Source of the DNA: Malacoraja senta
Lineage: Eukaryota
DNA: 64,000 nt
NCBI GenBank assembly: GCA_038087875.1
Contig: JAXLNO010000320.1
Coordinates: 1-64,000 of the forward strand
Reading direction: 5' to 3'
Below the pieces are notes generated by a model that was not told the origin of the DNA, searched no databases, and saw only the letters and a list, made by a program, of their open reading frames with translations. The number at the start of each line of letters is the position of its first letter. Positions within the stretch are counted from its first letter, which is position 1. Of the stretch, positions 26,982 through 38,478 are shown in pieces. The position numbers and the translations under genes are program-made.

Positions 26982-27490
26982 TAACCACCTCTCAATGTCA
27001 ACAAAACAAAGGAGCTGATCACTGACTTCAGGAAACAAGGTGGAGTATATACCCCAGTCTGTATCATTATGCTGAAGTGGAAATGGTCCAACCTGCTTAC
27101 ACTACAACCAAGAACGCACACCAACGTCTTCACTTGAAAGTTCGGCAAGTCTCCAGTGATACTTACCAATTTCTATAAATGCACCAGAGAAAGCATCCTC
27201 TCCAGCAGCAACATATATAGCTTGGTTTGGCAATTGCCCTATCCAATACTGCAAGAAATTGCAGAGTTGTGAACATGGCCCCACTCATCACACAAGCTGG
27301 CTTCCTCTCTTTAACCCCCTCCCTCTAAACTCCATCTTCATCTAGACCGCGCACTGTCTTGGGAAAGCATCCTACATAATTAAGGACCACTCGCATCTCT
27401 GTCACTCTCCTCTTCCGTCAGGCAAAAGGCCCAAAAACTTGAAAACACGTCCAGGAACAGCTTCTTTCCCTGTTGAAGACCACTCACCTG
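26982..27490 (+). mobile_element. Rex1/Babar-like LINE RT fragment
   Basis: CTCAATGTCAACAAAACAAAGGAGCTGATCACTGACTTCAGG encodes LNVNKTKELITDFR, and RNSFFP lies near the end. Confidence 0.65.
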
Positions 27491-28000
27491 CTTTGCTCCA
27501 ATAAGTTTTGATCTTGGTTGAAACTTTTTTACACTAAGATTGGTGGGTATATGGGATGAGCTGCCCGAGAAGGTATGAGGTGGTTGAAGCAAGTACTATA
27601 ACATTTAAAAGACATATTGAATGCTATGAAGAAGGGTTTCGGCCCGAAACGTTGCCTATTTCCTTCGCTCCATAGATGCTGCTGCACCAGCTGAGTTTCT
27701 CCAGCATTTTTGTCTACCTTCTTGAGTGCTCCAGCTAGTTGGTCCGCGCAGCTTTTGAGGACGTGGCGAGGGACCATTACCCACCACAATTATGATCTTC
27801 CTTTCAAAAGCAAGTAAGGTGAAGGCAGCTAAAAATACAGTGAGGAGGTATTCCATACACTGAAGAGACTGAACCAAAAATGATTGAACAATTAAAATTT
27901 AAATCTAAACATACCAATGGCTATTGTCCTAATGCATAATTTTGACGTGAAACGTCGCCCATTCCTTTTTCCCCACAGAAGCCGCTTGAACCGGCGCATT

Positions 28001-28644
28001 ATAGACAATAGGTGCAGGAGTAGGCCATTCGGCCCTTCGAGCCAGCACCACCATTCAAGGTGATCATGGCTGATCATCCCCAATCAGTACCCCGTTCCTG
28101 CCTTCTCCACATATCCCCTGACTCCGCTATTTTTAAGAGCCCTATCTAGCTCTCTCTTGAATGCATCCAAAGAACCTGCCTCCACCGCCCTCTGAGGTAG
28201 AGAATTCCACAGACTCACTACACTCTGTGAGAAAAAGTGTTCTAAATGGCTTACTCCTTATTCTTAAACTGTGGCCCCTGGTTCTGGACTCCCCCAACAT
28301 CGGGAACATGTTTCCTGCCTCTAGCGTGTCCAAACCCTTAACAATCTTATATGTTTCAATGAGATACCCTCTCATCCTAAACTCCAGAGCGTACAAGCCC
28401 AGCTGCTCCATTCTCTCAGCATATGACAGTCCCGCCATCCCGGGAATTAACCTTGTAAACCTACGCTGCACTCCTTCAATAGCAAGAATGTCCTTCCTCA
28501 AATTAGGGGACCAAAACTGCACACAATACTCCAGGTGTGGTCTCACTAGGGCTCTGTACAACTGCAGAAGGACCTCTTTGCTCCTATATTCGATTCCTCG
28601 TGTTAACAAGGCCAACATGCCATTCGCTTTCTTCACTGCCTGCC
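28001..28644 (-). mobile_element. CR1 LINE 3' fragment, same young subfamily as 12137-13258
   Basis: Minus ORF KKANGMLALLTRGIEYRSKEVLLQLYRALVRPHLEYCVQFWSP. Confidence 0.92.
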
Positions 28645-31239
28645 TTGTTCACTGCATTGTTTGTTGCTTTAGATTCTAACATCTGCAGTCGTCTTGTGTC
28701 ACTTCCTTTTTGGTATTGACATTGACTGACTCAAATTAAACTAATTGCTTAAACTGTTCAGTGAATCATTATTTTGAGCCCAGTAATTATCAATATTTAA
28801 TCAAGCAAAGGGTACGGTTATTTTAAGTGTTACTCTAGCTTTAGTGGCTGTAATTTTATGCGTATGCTGACATGGCACCCAGATTTTATGGTGCAAACAA
28901 ATTATCTACTGCTCTAGCAGATTAAATCATTTTCATAATTAGCATCCAACTAATGATTTGTACAGTTATTTACTTTTAGAACAGTAAATATTTCTTATTA
29001 ATAAACCAATTACCCAACCCTATCCTCAACTAAACAACTGAGGCGTGAGTTGACGCGGGGCAAACATCAAAATTTCCAGTGAAAATGTATTTTGCTTACC
29101 TATTTGTTAACAGGATTTAACGTGTATCCTAAATTGCCTGTAGACTGCTGGGCCATTTCATATGGTAGATTTACGTGGATAGGATCCGATAAGGGTGGTA
29201 ATTTTTCTTCACTTCTGCACCAAGGAAAACTTTTTATAAATACAAAAAAGTAACAAAAGTACTTCCTTTCACGGTTTTCATTAGTGTTCGCCTAAATACG
29301 CCACGCTGACATATAACGCACTTAAGTGTTTCCTCCGTCAATAGTTGAGTTCATTATCTCCAAAAAAAAGTGTATAAGAAAACAATGCCTCTTCAACACC
29401 AGAACATGCACAAGACCACTCTTTTACAAATCTATTTGCACGTAGCTGTAGTGTGGAAGAAGTGCTCGTTACCTATTTTACATTCAGCCTTTTCTATTTA
29501 TTTTTACTCAAGTCGCCATATATTTCCAACTGTTATTGAAAGTTGCCACTCTTCCAAATTCCTATACCTACCCAAAATTCTTAAAGATTCCTTTACTTAC
29601 GAATATAGCTAGTCTAAACTCATTTAAAGTAACCCTTTTCAGTAATTATGACTGACTTTATTTATTATTCATCTTTGTTCTCGACACCTCTGCAACACTC
29701 ATTACACCAGACCACTCTTCTATTCTAACCCTTTTGCCCAGTTGCATGCACTGCCCTTGGTGTCATTCTTAGTTAATGAAATTGATTCTCCCAGGTCTCT
29801 AGACCCCAAGAATCTGGCCTTTCCTACTCCTCTTTCTCATCCTTTGACAATAATTAAATATGAGACATAACGCCGTGCTAATAACACCAAACTCTGGCTC
29901 ACAATCACCTTACTGGTGCTCAAGTGTTTTAGACCTGTCATTATCTTTATATGATGTATCTTGTATCATATATTAGATGAACGGAAATTACTTCCAGTAA
30001 CCGTGGTGGCAGCATGCCACATTGGCAACGCTCATTATTTTCGGCTGCTGAACCTTATGGTTTTTGTGATCATGTCTTTAATGCAAGTTCCAACCCTGCA
30101 ACAACTTGTTTGCTGCTGAAATTATCATCAATACTTTTATCAGATCGAGCTTCCACTGAACCACCTAAACCTGTGTTCATTCAAAATTCGGATACTTGCA
30201 TCTTGACTGCTTCGTTCTCTCGTTAACACACTGTACGCTTGTGCTAATTCATAATCTGACAACGATTCGCTTTTTACAATGTCTTTGTTTTAAACCGGAG
30301 CCGCGAGAGACTGCGAACGCTGAAATCGAGAGCAGGAACTCGGTGGATAAGGAAGCATTCGTTCAGACAGATGATCTTGACTCGAAACATCCTCTCTCCC
30401 TTCGCCTCCACACATGAATTCCTTCAGCAGCAACGCGTATTTAAACCGGCTCTGTAGTCTATAAAAGTACTGGAGGAACTCAGCGGCTCAGGAAGCTCTT
30501 TCCCCGATTCCAAAGGTCTGAAAAGGGGTCCCGACCCGAAACATCGCTCGCCTGTCAATATCCCCTCTGCAGTCTGAACGAACCAGCCTACTCTGCCAAC
30601 CTCGGTCCTAGCTCTCGTGCGTACTTCTGTTTTTAGTAGCCCCTCTCTGCCTTCGACTGACTTGGTCAAAACTCTGAACTTCGCAATGTGCCCCAAGAAC
30701 AAAATATTGTAGATACTAAGCATGTGAAATAAAACAAATAATCCAGGCTTGGCAGAATCCGTGGAGAAAGAGAAACCCGAGGCAACGTTTCACATTATCC
30801 TCTCCATCCTTCTAAGTTCTTACCTTAAGAAATGTTCAGACCCGAAACGCCACCCATCCTTTTTCTCCAGAGATGCTGTCTGACCCACTGAATTATTCCA
30901 GCATTTTATGTCTATCTTGTTGATCAAACCTGTGGTTTTTGCCAAGAGACACATGGTGTTGAAATCTTGCTTAGAACACAGTGCTAGCGGGCAACTCAGG
31001 GGGTAAGGCAGCAGCATAGCGTATAACAGAAAGTGCTGGAGTAACTGCAAAACAAAATGCTGAGGTAACTGTAGATTACAAAGCGCCCTGAGGTTATCTG
31101 TTCTGATGTGCCTTTATGTGGCTCGGATCAGTTCATGACGTGAAGAATTAAAAAATGATAATACTGCGAATAAATTTAATTGAATTTGCGCTACTTTCAC
31201 ACAAAAAAACATCACTGAGGCCATTTAATTATCCTGCTC

Positions 31240-32460
31240 TGAGCGCCTGCGATCGCTGGCAATGTTACAATTCATTCGCATTTCTGCTTCAGGTGTGCAT
31301 TATGTAATTGCAGTTACGTCATCGGCGACGTGTTGCACGTCGGTTTACCTGCGCCCGCTTTCCTCTCGTCTCCGAGTGACGTCGGAGCTTTCTCCGAACA
31401 TGCGCCGAACGGCAATCTCCGTGTTTGCGGCAGAAGGCCCCGCCCCACTCTCCTCTCTCGGTGGACGTTCCGTCAGGAGGAGCCCTGAGTGACGTCGAGG
31501 CTTTCCCCGAATGAGCACCGAAAGGCTTCGGCAATTTCCGTGCCGGCGCCCGTGGCCCCGCCCCCCCCGCCTCTCGGTGGACGGAACGTCAGGAGGAAAA
31601 AAAACTTTAAGATCAACAGCCGCCATTTTGGTGGAAATTTTCGTCCGAAATTTCGGAAGAATTGAACGGCGTCGGGAGCTACGCTGGCCGCCCTGCGGAT
31701 CCCCCAGCGCGTGCACTCGGCTCCGAAATCCACCTGGCCGTCAAACTAGCGCCGGTCCGGGCGCCTGTCTCCGGGGGGGAAAGCGACAGGAGGAAGGGGA
31801 GCGCGTGAGGGGGGTTCAATCCCTACCCCCTCGGCTGAGCCGGACTGACTCTCCAGGCCAAGTATTGTTTTCATCGCCTCAGCCGGCAGCGACCCGGCGG
31901 CAGTCCCTGGCCTGGGCCCCGCGGCCCACAATGAGGCCTGACTGACCGCCTTCGGTTCCCCCCCCCCCCCCTTACAACCCCTAAAAAAACAATTTATTTT
32001 TGTAAAAGTGTAAATATATGTGAAGGGGGACCAGTAGGGAATCGATTTGAATTGTTCCCAAGTGTGAGGGGAGTGCAGAATGGCGGCGCGGTGGGGGTGA
32101 GGAGCCGGCGGTAAGCTCAGGCCCCGGGGCTTGGCAGGGACGCTGCTGCGGCGGCCTCCGTCTCCCCACCCCCTCTCCTCCCCTCCCTCACCTCTCCATG
32201 TTTATCACATGAAACGCGCTGGAAAGTAGCAGTAATATATAAAGCATAACGCAGAGATAAAATGGCCGAGAATCTTCTGGATGGACCACCGTCTGCCAAG
32301 CGGCCCAAACTCAACTCGCCGGCGCGCTCGGCTAGTGACAGCACAGGTAAGGTGGGGACCCGGACCTAGCACCACCGGCCACTCGCTTGCATGATCTCCC
32401 AACACCCTGCAACTCTCGGGGCTGCAGTCAGCACCTCGGGCCTCTTGAATGTGTGTCTGT
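31240..32460 (+). promoter_or_regulatory. CREBBP: CpG-island promoter / 5' UTR of CREBBP
   Basis: Dense CpG immediately upstream of the CBP ATG. CRE-like TGACGTCG at 31377 and 31490, TTACGTCA near 31314, GC boxes CCCCGCCCC, and YY1 motif GCCGCCATTTT at 31619. Confidence 0.85.
32262..32346 (+). CDS. CREBBP: CREB-binding protein, coding exon 1 (not in supplied ORF track)
   Basis: AAAATGG start. Encodes MAENLLDGPPSAKRPKLNSPARSASDST; 85 nt followed by GTAAGG donor (phase 1). Confidence 0.95.
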
Positions 32461-33143
32461 GGTTTCATAGGGGTCTCGTCTTAAACCCCATACATGATTG
32501 AAATGGGTTGATCAGAGCATTTAATCAGTGATGTTGGGCAAGTGGAAGTATTTGTTTTGCTACTTTCCCCGGAGAAAACAACAAAACGAAATACATTTAT
32601 AATAGTAATTGTGTTTGTTGATATTTGTGCCACGCTATCTTGCACATAAGGAAGAAAGAGGGATAAAATAATAGACTGAGACGAACAAAAAATGAATATT
32701 CCTGATGGGTGTAAAATGAGATATTGCTTAGTTTTGTTAAATGCCTCAACGTCCATGTTCAATAATTGGTGCATTTGATCTGCCGTTTTTACTGGAGAAA
32801 ATGTGCGTGTCTTCAGTGCTGGGATGCTTAAAGTGTGTTTAAACTAAAATAAACTGATGGTATATGAAGTTTATCAAAGAAAATGTTGATAAGTGAAAAG
32901 TAGATTGATCTCTTATGTAGTCTTCCTACTACTTTGTGATGATAACTTATTTAGTTAGTTTGAATGAAGGAAGTATTGTAAGATTCTAGTATTGAGCATA
33001 ACACAAAGTACCGGAGGAACTCAGTGGGTCAGGCAGCATCTGCGGAGGGAATGGATAGACAAGTTCTATAGATAAGTATATATCTGTCCATTCTCTCCAC
33101 AAATGCTGCCTGTCCCACTGAGTTCCTCCAGCACTTTGCATTT

Positions 33144-33350
33144 TAGAGATTAGAGATTAGAGAGATTCCTTTATTTGTCATTCAGACCTTTCGGTCTGAA
33201 CGAAATTTCGTTGCCTGCAGTCATACATATAATAATAAATGACAAAACACACAATAAACACAAATTAACATCCACCACAGTGAGTTCACCAGGCACCTCC
33301 TCACTGTGATGGAGGCAAAAGTCTTAAAGTCTCTGTCTCTTCCCGCTTTG
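33144..33350 (-). mobile_element. LINE-like 3' end with hairpin and short tandem tail
   Basis: (TAGAGAT)n tail and hairpin TTCAGACC-TTTC-GGTCTGAA; a related copy lies at 43966-44570. Confidence 0.5.
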
Positions 33351-34390
33351 TTCTCCCTCAAGATTCCAGCATCTGTCGGTTCCTGTGTCTCCAAGATTCT
33401 CATATTGATTGGAGAAAGTCCATCTGATTCTAAGTAACAATAGCGGCTTCCTTATTTTGTGAATAGAAAGTTGTAGAGGAAAACTGCCCCACAATTTACG
33501 TTTCATTCCATGTTGGGTAGCAAAATGATCAGTTCAAATGCTCTCAACCTGAACTAATTCATTTGATTGTCCAAACCTTTGGGTATTAACAAATACAGCC
33601 AGTCGTGAGTTATTCCATACAACTAAGAAATGGGACTAAAACCACTAATGGTGGGCTAGCATTCGACAAATTACAATAACCAGAGAGAGAGAACCATAAT
33701 GAGAGGTTATTGTTATATTGCAAATTAAAAGCAATGACGGATGGCCAGAAATGATTGGATAAAGCTGTGGAATAATATGGGGAAATAGTAATGCTGCAAA
33801 GCACTGAGACTGAAAAGTTTAAACCACCATATGTTGTCAAATAATTGTTGCTAGCTCTCCATGTGTTCCTATACTTTGATAGTACATTATACTGTTAAAT
33901 TGGCAACACCAATGTTAGGCATTTGTCGAGTACAAACTAAGCAAAATGACATGGCTTATGTAGGTTTTAAAAGTAGACCTGCCCTTTCTTATCTTCAATA
34001 TAAATAACAAATAGGAAGTTCAATAGTATAATAGTTGACATAGAATGATACTGTGGATATACAATCACTGTGAGCATCAGAATATTGATTGCATCATCCA
34101 ATTTCATTTTAAAAAAATCAGTAGTGTGCGTGATCAGATGTATTCAACTTTTTAAGATATAATATAGCATCTGGTCTCTGGTAAGATCCATACTGTGGAA
34201 ACCAAGCTTTACCTTGACATATTATTTCCCAAGCCTCTCCTTTGGATTCTTCAATGTAATAAAAATGTTTTTCAATGTAAGGCAGTGTCAGCTTTGTTAG
34301 TTTATAAAGTTTTCACAAGTATATGTGGAAAATTTACTTCAAGGGCTTTGATACGGTGTTCTAAAAACGGTTATCCAAATCAGAAAGGTA

Positions 34391-35360
34391 CCGTATTTCC
34401 CGGCAGTGAAGACGCACCATCATTTTGAGTTGCAAAATTTTGAAAAAAGGCTGGCGCGACAGGATCAAGGGTTAGGTTTAGACCAGGGGTAGGCAACCTT
34501 TTTTGCATAGGGGCCAGGATCCATGTTTGTGAGAGGATGGCGGGCCACATCTATCGCCATAGTTAATAAATGGAGGTAATAATACATACTAACTAAATTA
34601 GTAATTAGTAATAATACATACTAATAATACATAGTTTTCACGTGTTTTTCAATTTGTTTTCTGCAGTTTCCAGATCGCCTGCATGCCCCGGGACTGGCTG
34701 CAGATCCCTCGTGTCCCCGGGACTTGCTGCCATTCCCAGATCCCTCGCGTCCCCGGGACTAGCTTTTATTCCCAGGTCGCCTGCGAGCCTTGGGACTGGC
34801 TGTAGCGCCCAGCTCGCCTGCCCCGGGACTGGCTGTAGCGCCCAGCTCGCCTGCCCCGGGACTAGTTGTAGCGCCCAGGTCGCCTGCCCCGGAACTGGCT
34901 GTAGCACCCAGGTTGCCTGCGAGCCCCGGGACTAGCTACAGTTCCCAGGTCGCCTGCGAGCCCCGGGACTAGCTGCAGGTCCCAGGTCGCCTGCAAGCCC
35001 CGGGACTAGCTGCAGGTCCCAGGTCGCCTGCGAGCCCTGGGTCAAGCTGCATTTCCACTGTCTGGTCCCGGCGGCCGCTCGCAGCCACCCGAGCTACTGA
35101 GTGAGTTGCTAGCATGATCCCCGACCCCCTCCTTCTCAATGCTCCTGCCCTCCCCGCAACTGACCCGGGCCAGACTCCCCACACGCTGTGGAAAGAACTC
35201 TCCCCCCCAGCGGTGCTGTCCTTTTACAGCCGCTGTACTGAGGGATGGCCAAGTCTATCTTTCTTGGCTAACAATCTAACCTTCGGCCTCCAAGACGCAG
35301 GCAAATTTTTGGGCCTTACTTTAGGGTAAAAAATAGCGTCTTCATTGCCGGGAAATACGG
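34391..35360 (+). mobile_element. Non-autonomous pogo/Tigger-like (Tc1/mariner superfamily) element
   Basis: TIRs CCGTATTTCCCGGCA(G/A)TGAAGACGC at both ends, with TA TSDs at 34389-34390 and 35361-35362. Confidence 0.88.
34672..35042. repeat. GC-rich minisatellite, mostly 33/37-bp units, inside the Tigger-like element
   Basis: Repeated CCCAGGTCGCCTGC(GAG)CCCCGGGACTAGCTG. Confidence 0.9.
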
Positions 35361-35728
35361 TATATTGTGATTCCAAAGGTGTAAATGGCTGCAAAGCTTG
35401 GGAAGACAGCACTGTTGGTTTGATGAAGTTAAATTTTACTTTCTAAAATAGATTAAACATCAAATTAATTGAAGAATGTAATTATTGAGAAACATTTTGT
35501 TTATTATTGCACTATTTCCAAATTGTCTTTGAAAGTTGAGAGTAGCAGAGAGAGTTACTTTCTGTGCAAACTTTCTGTGTAGTTGGAAGTGTGTTAGCCT
35601 ACACCTTTGGGGTTGATTTGAGTTACAAGTGTTACGCATTACATGCAGCATTGGTCTTTTATGGAATAACTTGTTGAATCTTATACTTGCACTAATCTGG
35701 TACTAATGCAGTGGATCTTCTTTTTTAG

Positions 35729-36456
35729 ATTTTGGATTGTCGTTTGATTTAGAAAATGATTTACCTGATGAGTTGATCAGAACATCTGATTCTTTCGGAC
35801 TGCCCAACGGTGGTGAGCTGGGCAAGCTGAGCAATGTCATTGGTCAGGATGCTGCTTCCAAACACAAGCAGCTCTCGGAACTTCTGCGTGCTGGCAGTGG
35901 CTCCAGTCTCACTGCAGGGCTGGTCAATGTGAACTCCAACAACAATCCTGGTAGATCAATGGACAATTCTGTCCAGAGCCAGCAGAATAGCTCCAATGTA
36001 AGCAACATGGGCAAAGGCTCTCACAATCAGGGGCTGACTTCCCCTTCCAATCTGGGACTGGCAGCCAGTGGTTCGAGTTCTTCAACACCCGGCTCTCAAG
36101 CACTGAACACACAAGCACAAAAACACGGAGAGCCGAAACATCATAACGCTGCAGCGTCGGGTTTGGTGTCTGCCAGCGGTAACCTGACGGCTCAGAGTGG
36201 GATCAGCATCAACACTAATCTCAGTCACACACACCAAGCTCTACTGGGCAGCAACAGTAGCCAAGGTCTGATGCAGCAATCACAGCAAGGCCAGGGACAG
36301 GTGCTGAATGGATCGTTGGGTGCTGCCGGCCGAGGCCGTGGGGGAACGCAGTATTCAAATTCTGGCAGTGTGTTAGCGGAGACTCTAGCCCAGGGATCGG
36401 CACAGATGGGTGCACACGTGGGTCTGAATACACAGCAAGCTGGGGCGATGGCAAAA
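35729..36456 (+). CDS. CREBBP: CREB-binding protein, coding exon 2 (nuclear receptor interaction region, LXXLL)
   Basis: TTTTTTAG acceptor, GTAAGT donor at 36457. Encodes DFGLSFDLENDLPDELI...DAASKHKQLSELLR...NGSLGAAGRGRG...SVLAETL...AGAMAK; 728 nt, in frame with exon 1. Synteny with ADCY9 supports CREBBP over EP300. Confidence 0.95.
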
Positions 36457-37009
36457 GTAAGTCATTTTTAACATTTATTATGAGTGTCATAACATTGGTG
36501 CTTGTTTATTAATAACTATTTACAATGTAATTATGTAACATATGTCTGCTGGTAATAATCAGTGGTCAAAGTAACGGTTGAGGCAGTGGGCTGAACAGTG
36601 TTCTGGCCAGTTAGCCCCTCCTGCCTAGATGACAATGTGTTCCCGTCCTGCTGGTAAAACTGATGGTTCACCAGCTTTATTGAAGGGCCAGCTGTGGGGT
36701 GGCCCGCTGCTTGTTGCGGCCTGCAGTAAAACATTGTGGTTACAGTGTCGGGTATTCCAGGCAGCTCCTGCCCACGTGCCCCATATCTCACAGTTCTGCA
36801 TGCTAAGCTGTAAGCAGAGTTTGAGTTTGCCTCACATGATACAGTCTCCACATACCTGTGTTGTGTGTGTATTTTCTCATCATCTCACCCCTCCCCCCAT
36901 TCCTTCACTTTCTCCCTTCCACATGCTTTATTATCCATGTATTCTTTCTGTAGATGATCCTCTTATTTACCCAATTTGTATCTTGTTTCCTTTGATTGAT
37001 TAAATTGAC

Positions 37010-37305
37010 TGAAAGATACAGCATAAAAACAGGCCATTCAGTGTACTGTCCATGCCGACCATTGATTACCAGTTCACAATAGTTCTGTTATCCCACCTTC
37101 TCATCCACTCCCTACACTTTGGGGCCATTTTACAGTGGGTCAATTAACTCACAAGCCCACACATCTTTAGGTTGTCGGTGGAAACCCACACGGTCACTGG
37201 AATACATGCAAACTCCACACAGACAACACCCGAGGTCCGAATTGAACCCAGGTTTCCGGTGCTGTGAGGCAACAGTTCTACCAGCTGCTCCACTGTACCA
37301 CCCTA
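37010..37305 (-). mobile_element. tRNA-derived SINE
   Basis: Minus strand reads GGGTGGTACAGTGGAGCAGCTGGTAGAACTGTTGCCTCACAGC...GGGTTCAATTC. Confidence 0.8.
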
Positions 37306-37461
37306 CATTAAATAATTGATTTATTAATATTGATAATGTGTTCAATTTAAAATTATAATGATAGGCAGCTTATTGTGGCTGGGGAGAGGAGTGGTGATTA
37401 GCCAGACTGCTACATGATACAAGCACAGGGAGAGAAATTATGGGCCAATGAGAGATGAGAC

Positions 37462-38478
37462 TTACTGGTCCGAAGAAGAGAAAAGGATACAGTTCCGGAG
37501 AGTCAGACTGACGAAGGGCATGTGAGGTACCTTGGAACCCCGCAGCTCTGTCCTTGCTCCCCCTCCCCCTAGTCGCAACAGAGACAGAGTCCCCGAGTCC
37601 TTACCTTCCACCCCATCAGCCGTCGCATACAACACATAATCCTCCGAAATTTCTGCCACCTTCAACGGGATCTCACCACTAGCCACATTTTCCCATCTCC
37701 ATCCCTTTCCACCTTCCACAGAGACTGTTCACTCCGCAACTCCCTGGTTAACTAATTTCTTCCCACCTAAACCACCCCCTCCCCAGGTATCTTCCCCTGC
37801 AACTGCAGAAGATGCAACACCTGTCGCTTTTCCTCCTCCCTCGACTGTCCAGGGATCCCGACAGTCCTTTCAGGTTAGGCAGAGGTTCACCTACACTCCC
37901 TTCAATCTCATCTACTGTATCCGTTGTTCAAGATGTGGACTCTTATACATTGGCGAGACCAAACATAGACTGGGCGATCGTTTCGCGGAACACCTTTGCT
38001 CAGCCCGCCTGAACCTACCTGATCTCCCAATTGCCGGACACTTTAATTCTCCCTCCCATTCCTACACAGACGTTTCTGTCCTAGGTCTCTTCCATTGTCA
38101 GAGTGAAGCTAAACGCAAATTGGAGGAACAGCATCTCATATTTCGCTTGGGCAGCTTACAGCCCAGTGGTGAATATTGATTTCTCTCACTTCAGGTAGTC
38201 CCAACATTCCCTCTCTCTCTATCCCTCCCCCACCCAAGTCGCATTAGCTTCTCATCTTCACCGTACAAACAGCTAACAATGGCCTTTATCATCGTTACTT
38301 TTTTGCCTATCTTTTATTAATTGTTCTTTATCTCTCCACATCATCGTCTATATCTCTCGTTTCCCTTATCCCTAACCAGTCTGAAGAAGGGCCTCGACCC
38401 GAAACGTCACCCATTCCTTCTCTCCAGAGATGCTGCCTATCCCGCTGAATTACTCCAGCTTTTTGTGTCTATCTTCAG
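37462..38478 (+). mobile_element. Penelope-like element, truncated, with inverted 5' segment and 3' pLTR
   Basis: Frameshifted GIY-YIG region (IYCIRCSRCGLLYIGETK). 37462-37536 is an inverted RT piece (QGTSHALR on minus strand). The pLTR carries CTGAAGA...GAAAC at 38381. Confidence 0.85.

Noticed and set aside
32236..32243. TATA box (TATATAAA) for CREBBP
   Set aside because: Only about 20 nt before the ATG, so initiation would fall at or after the start codon.
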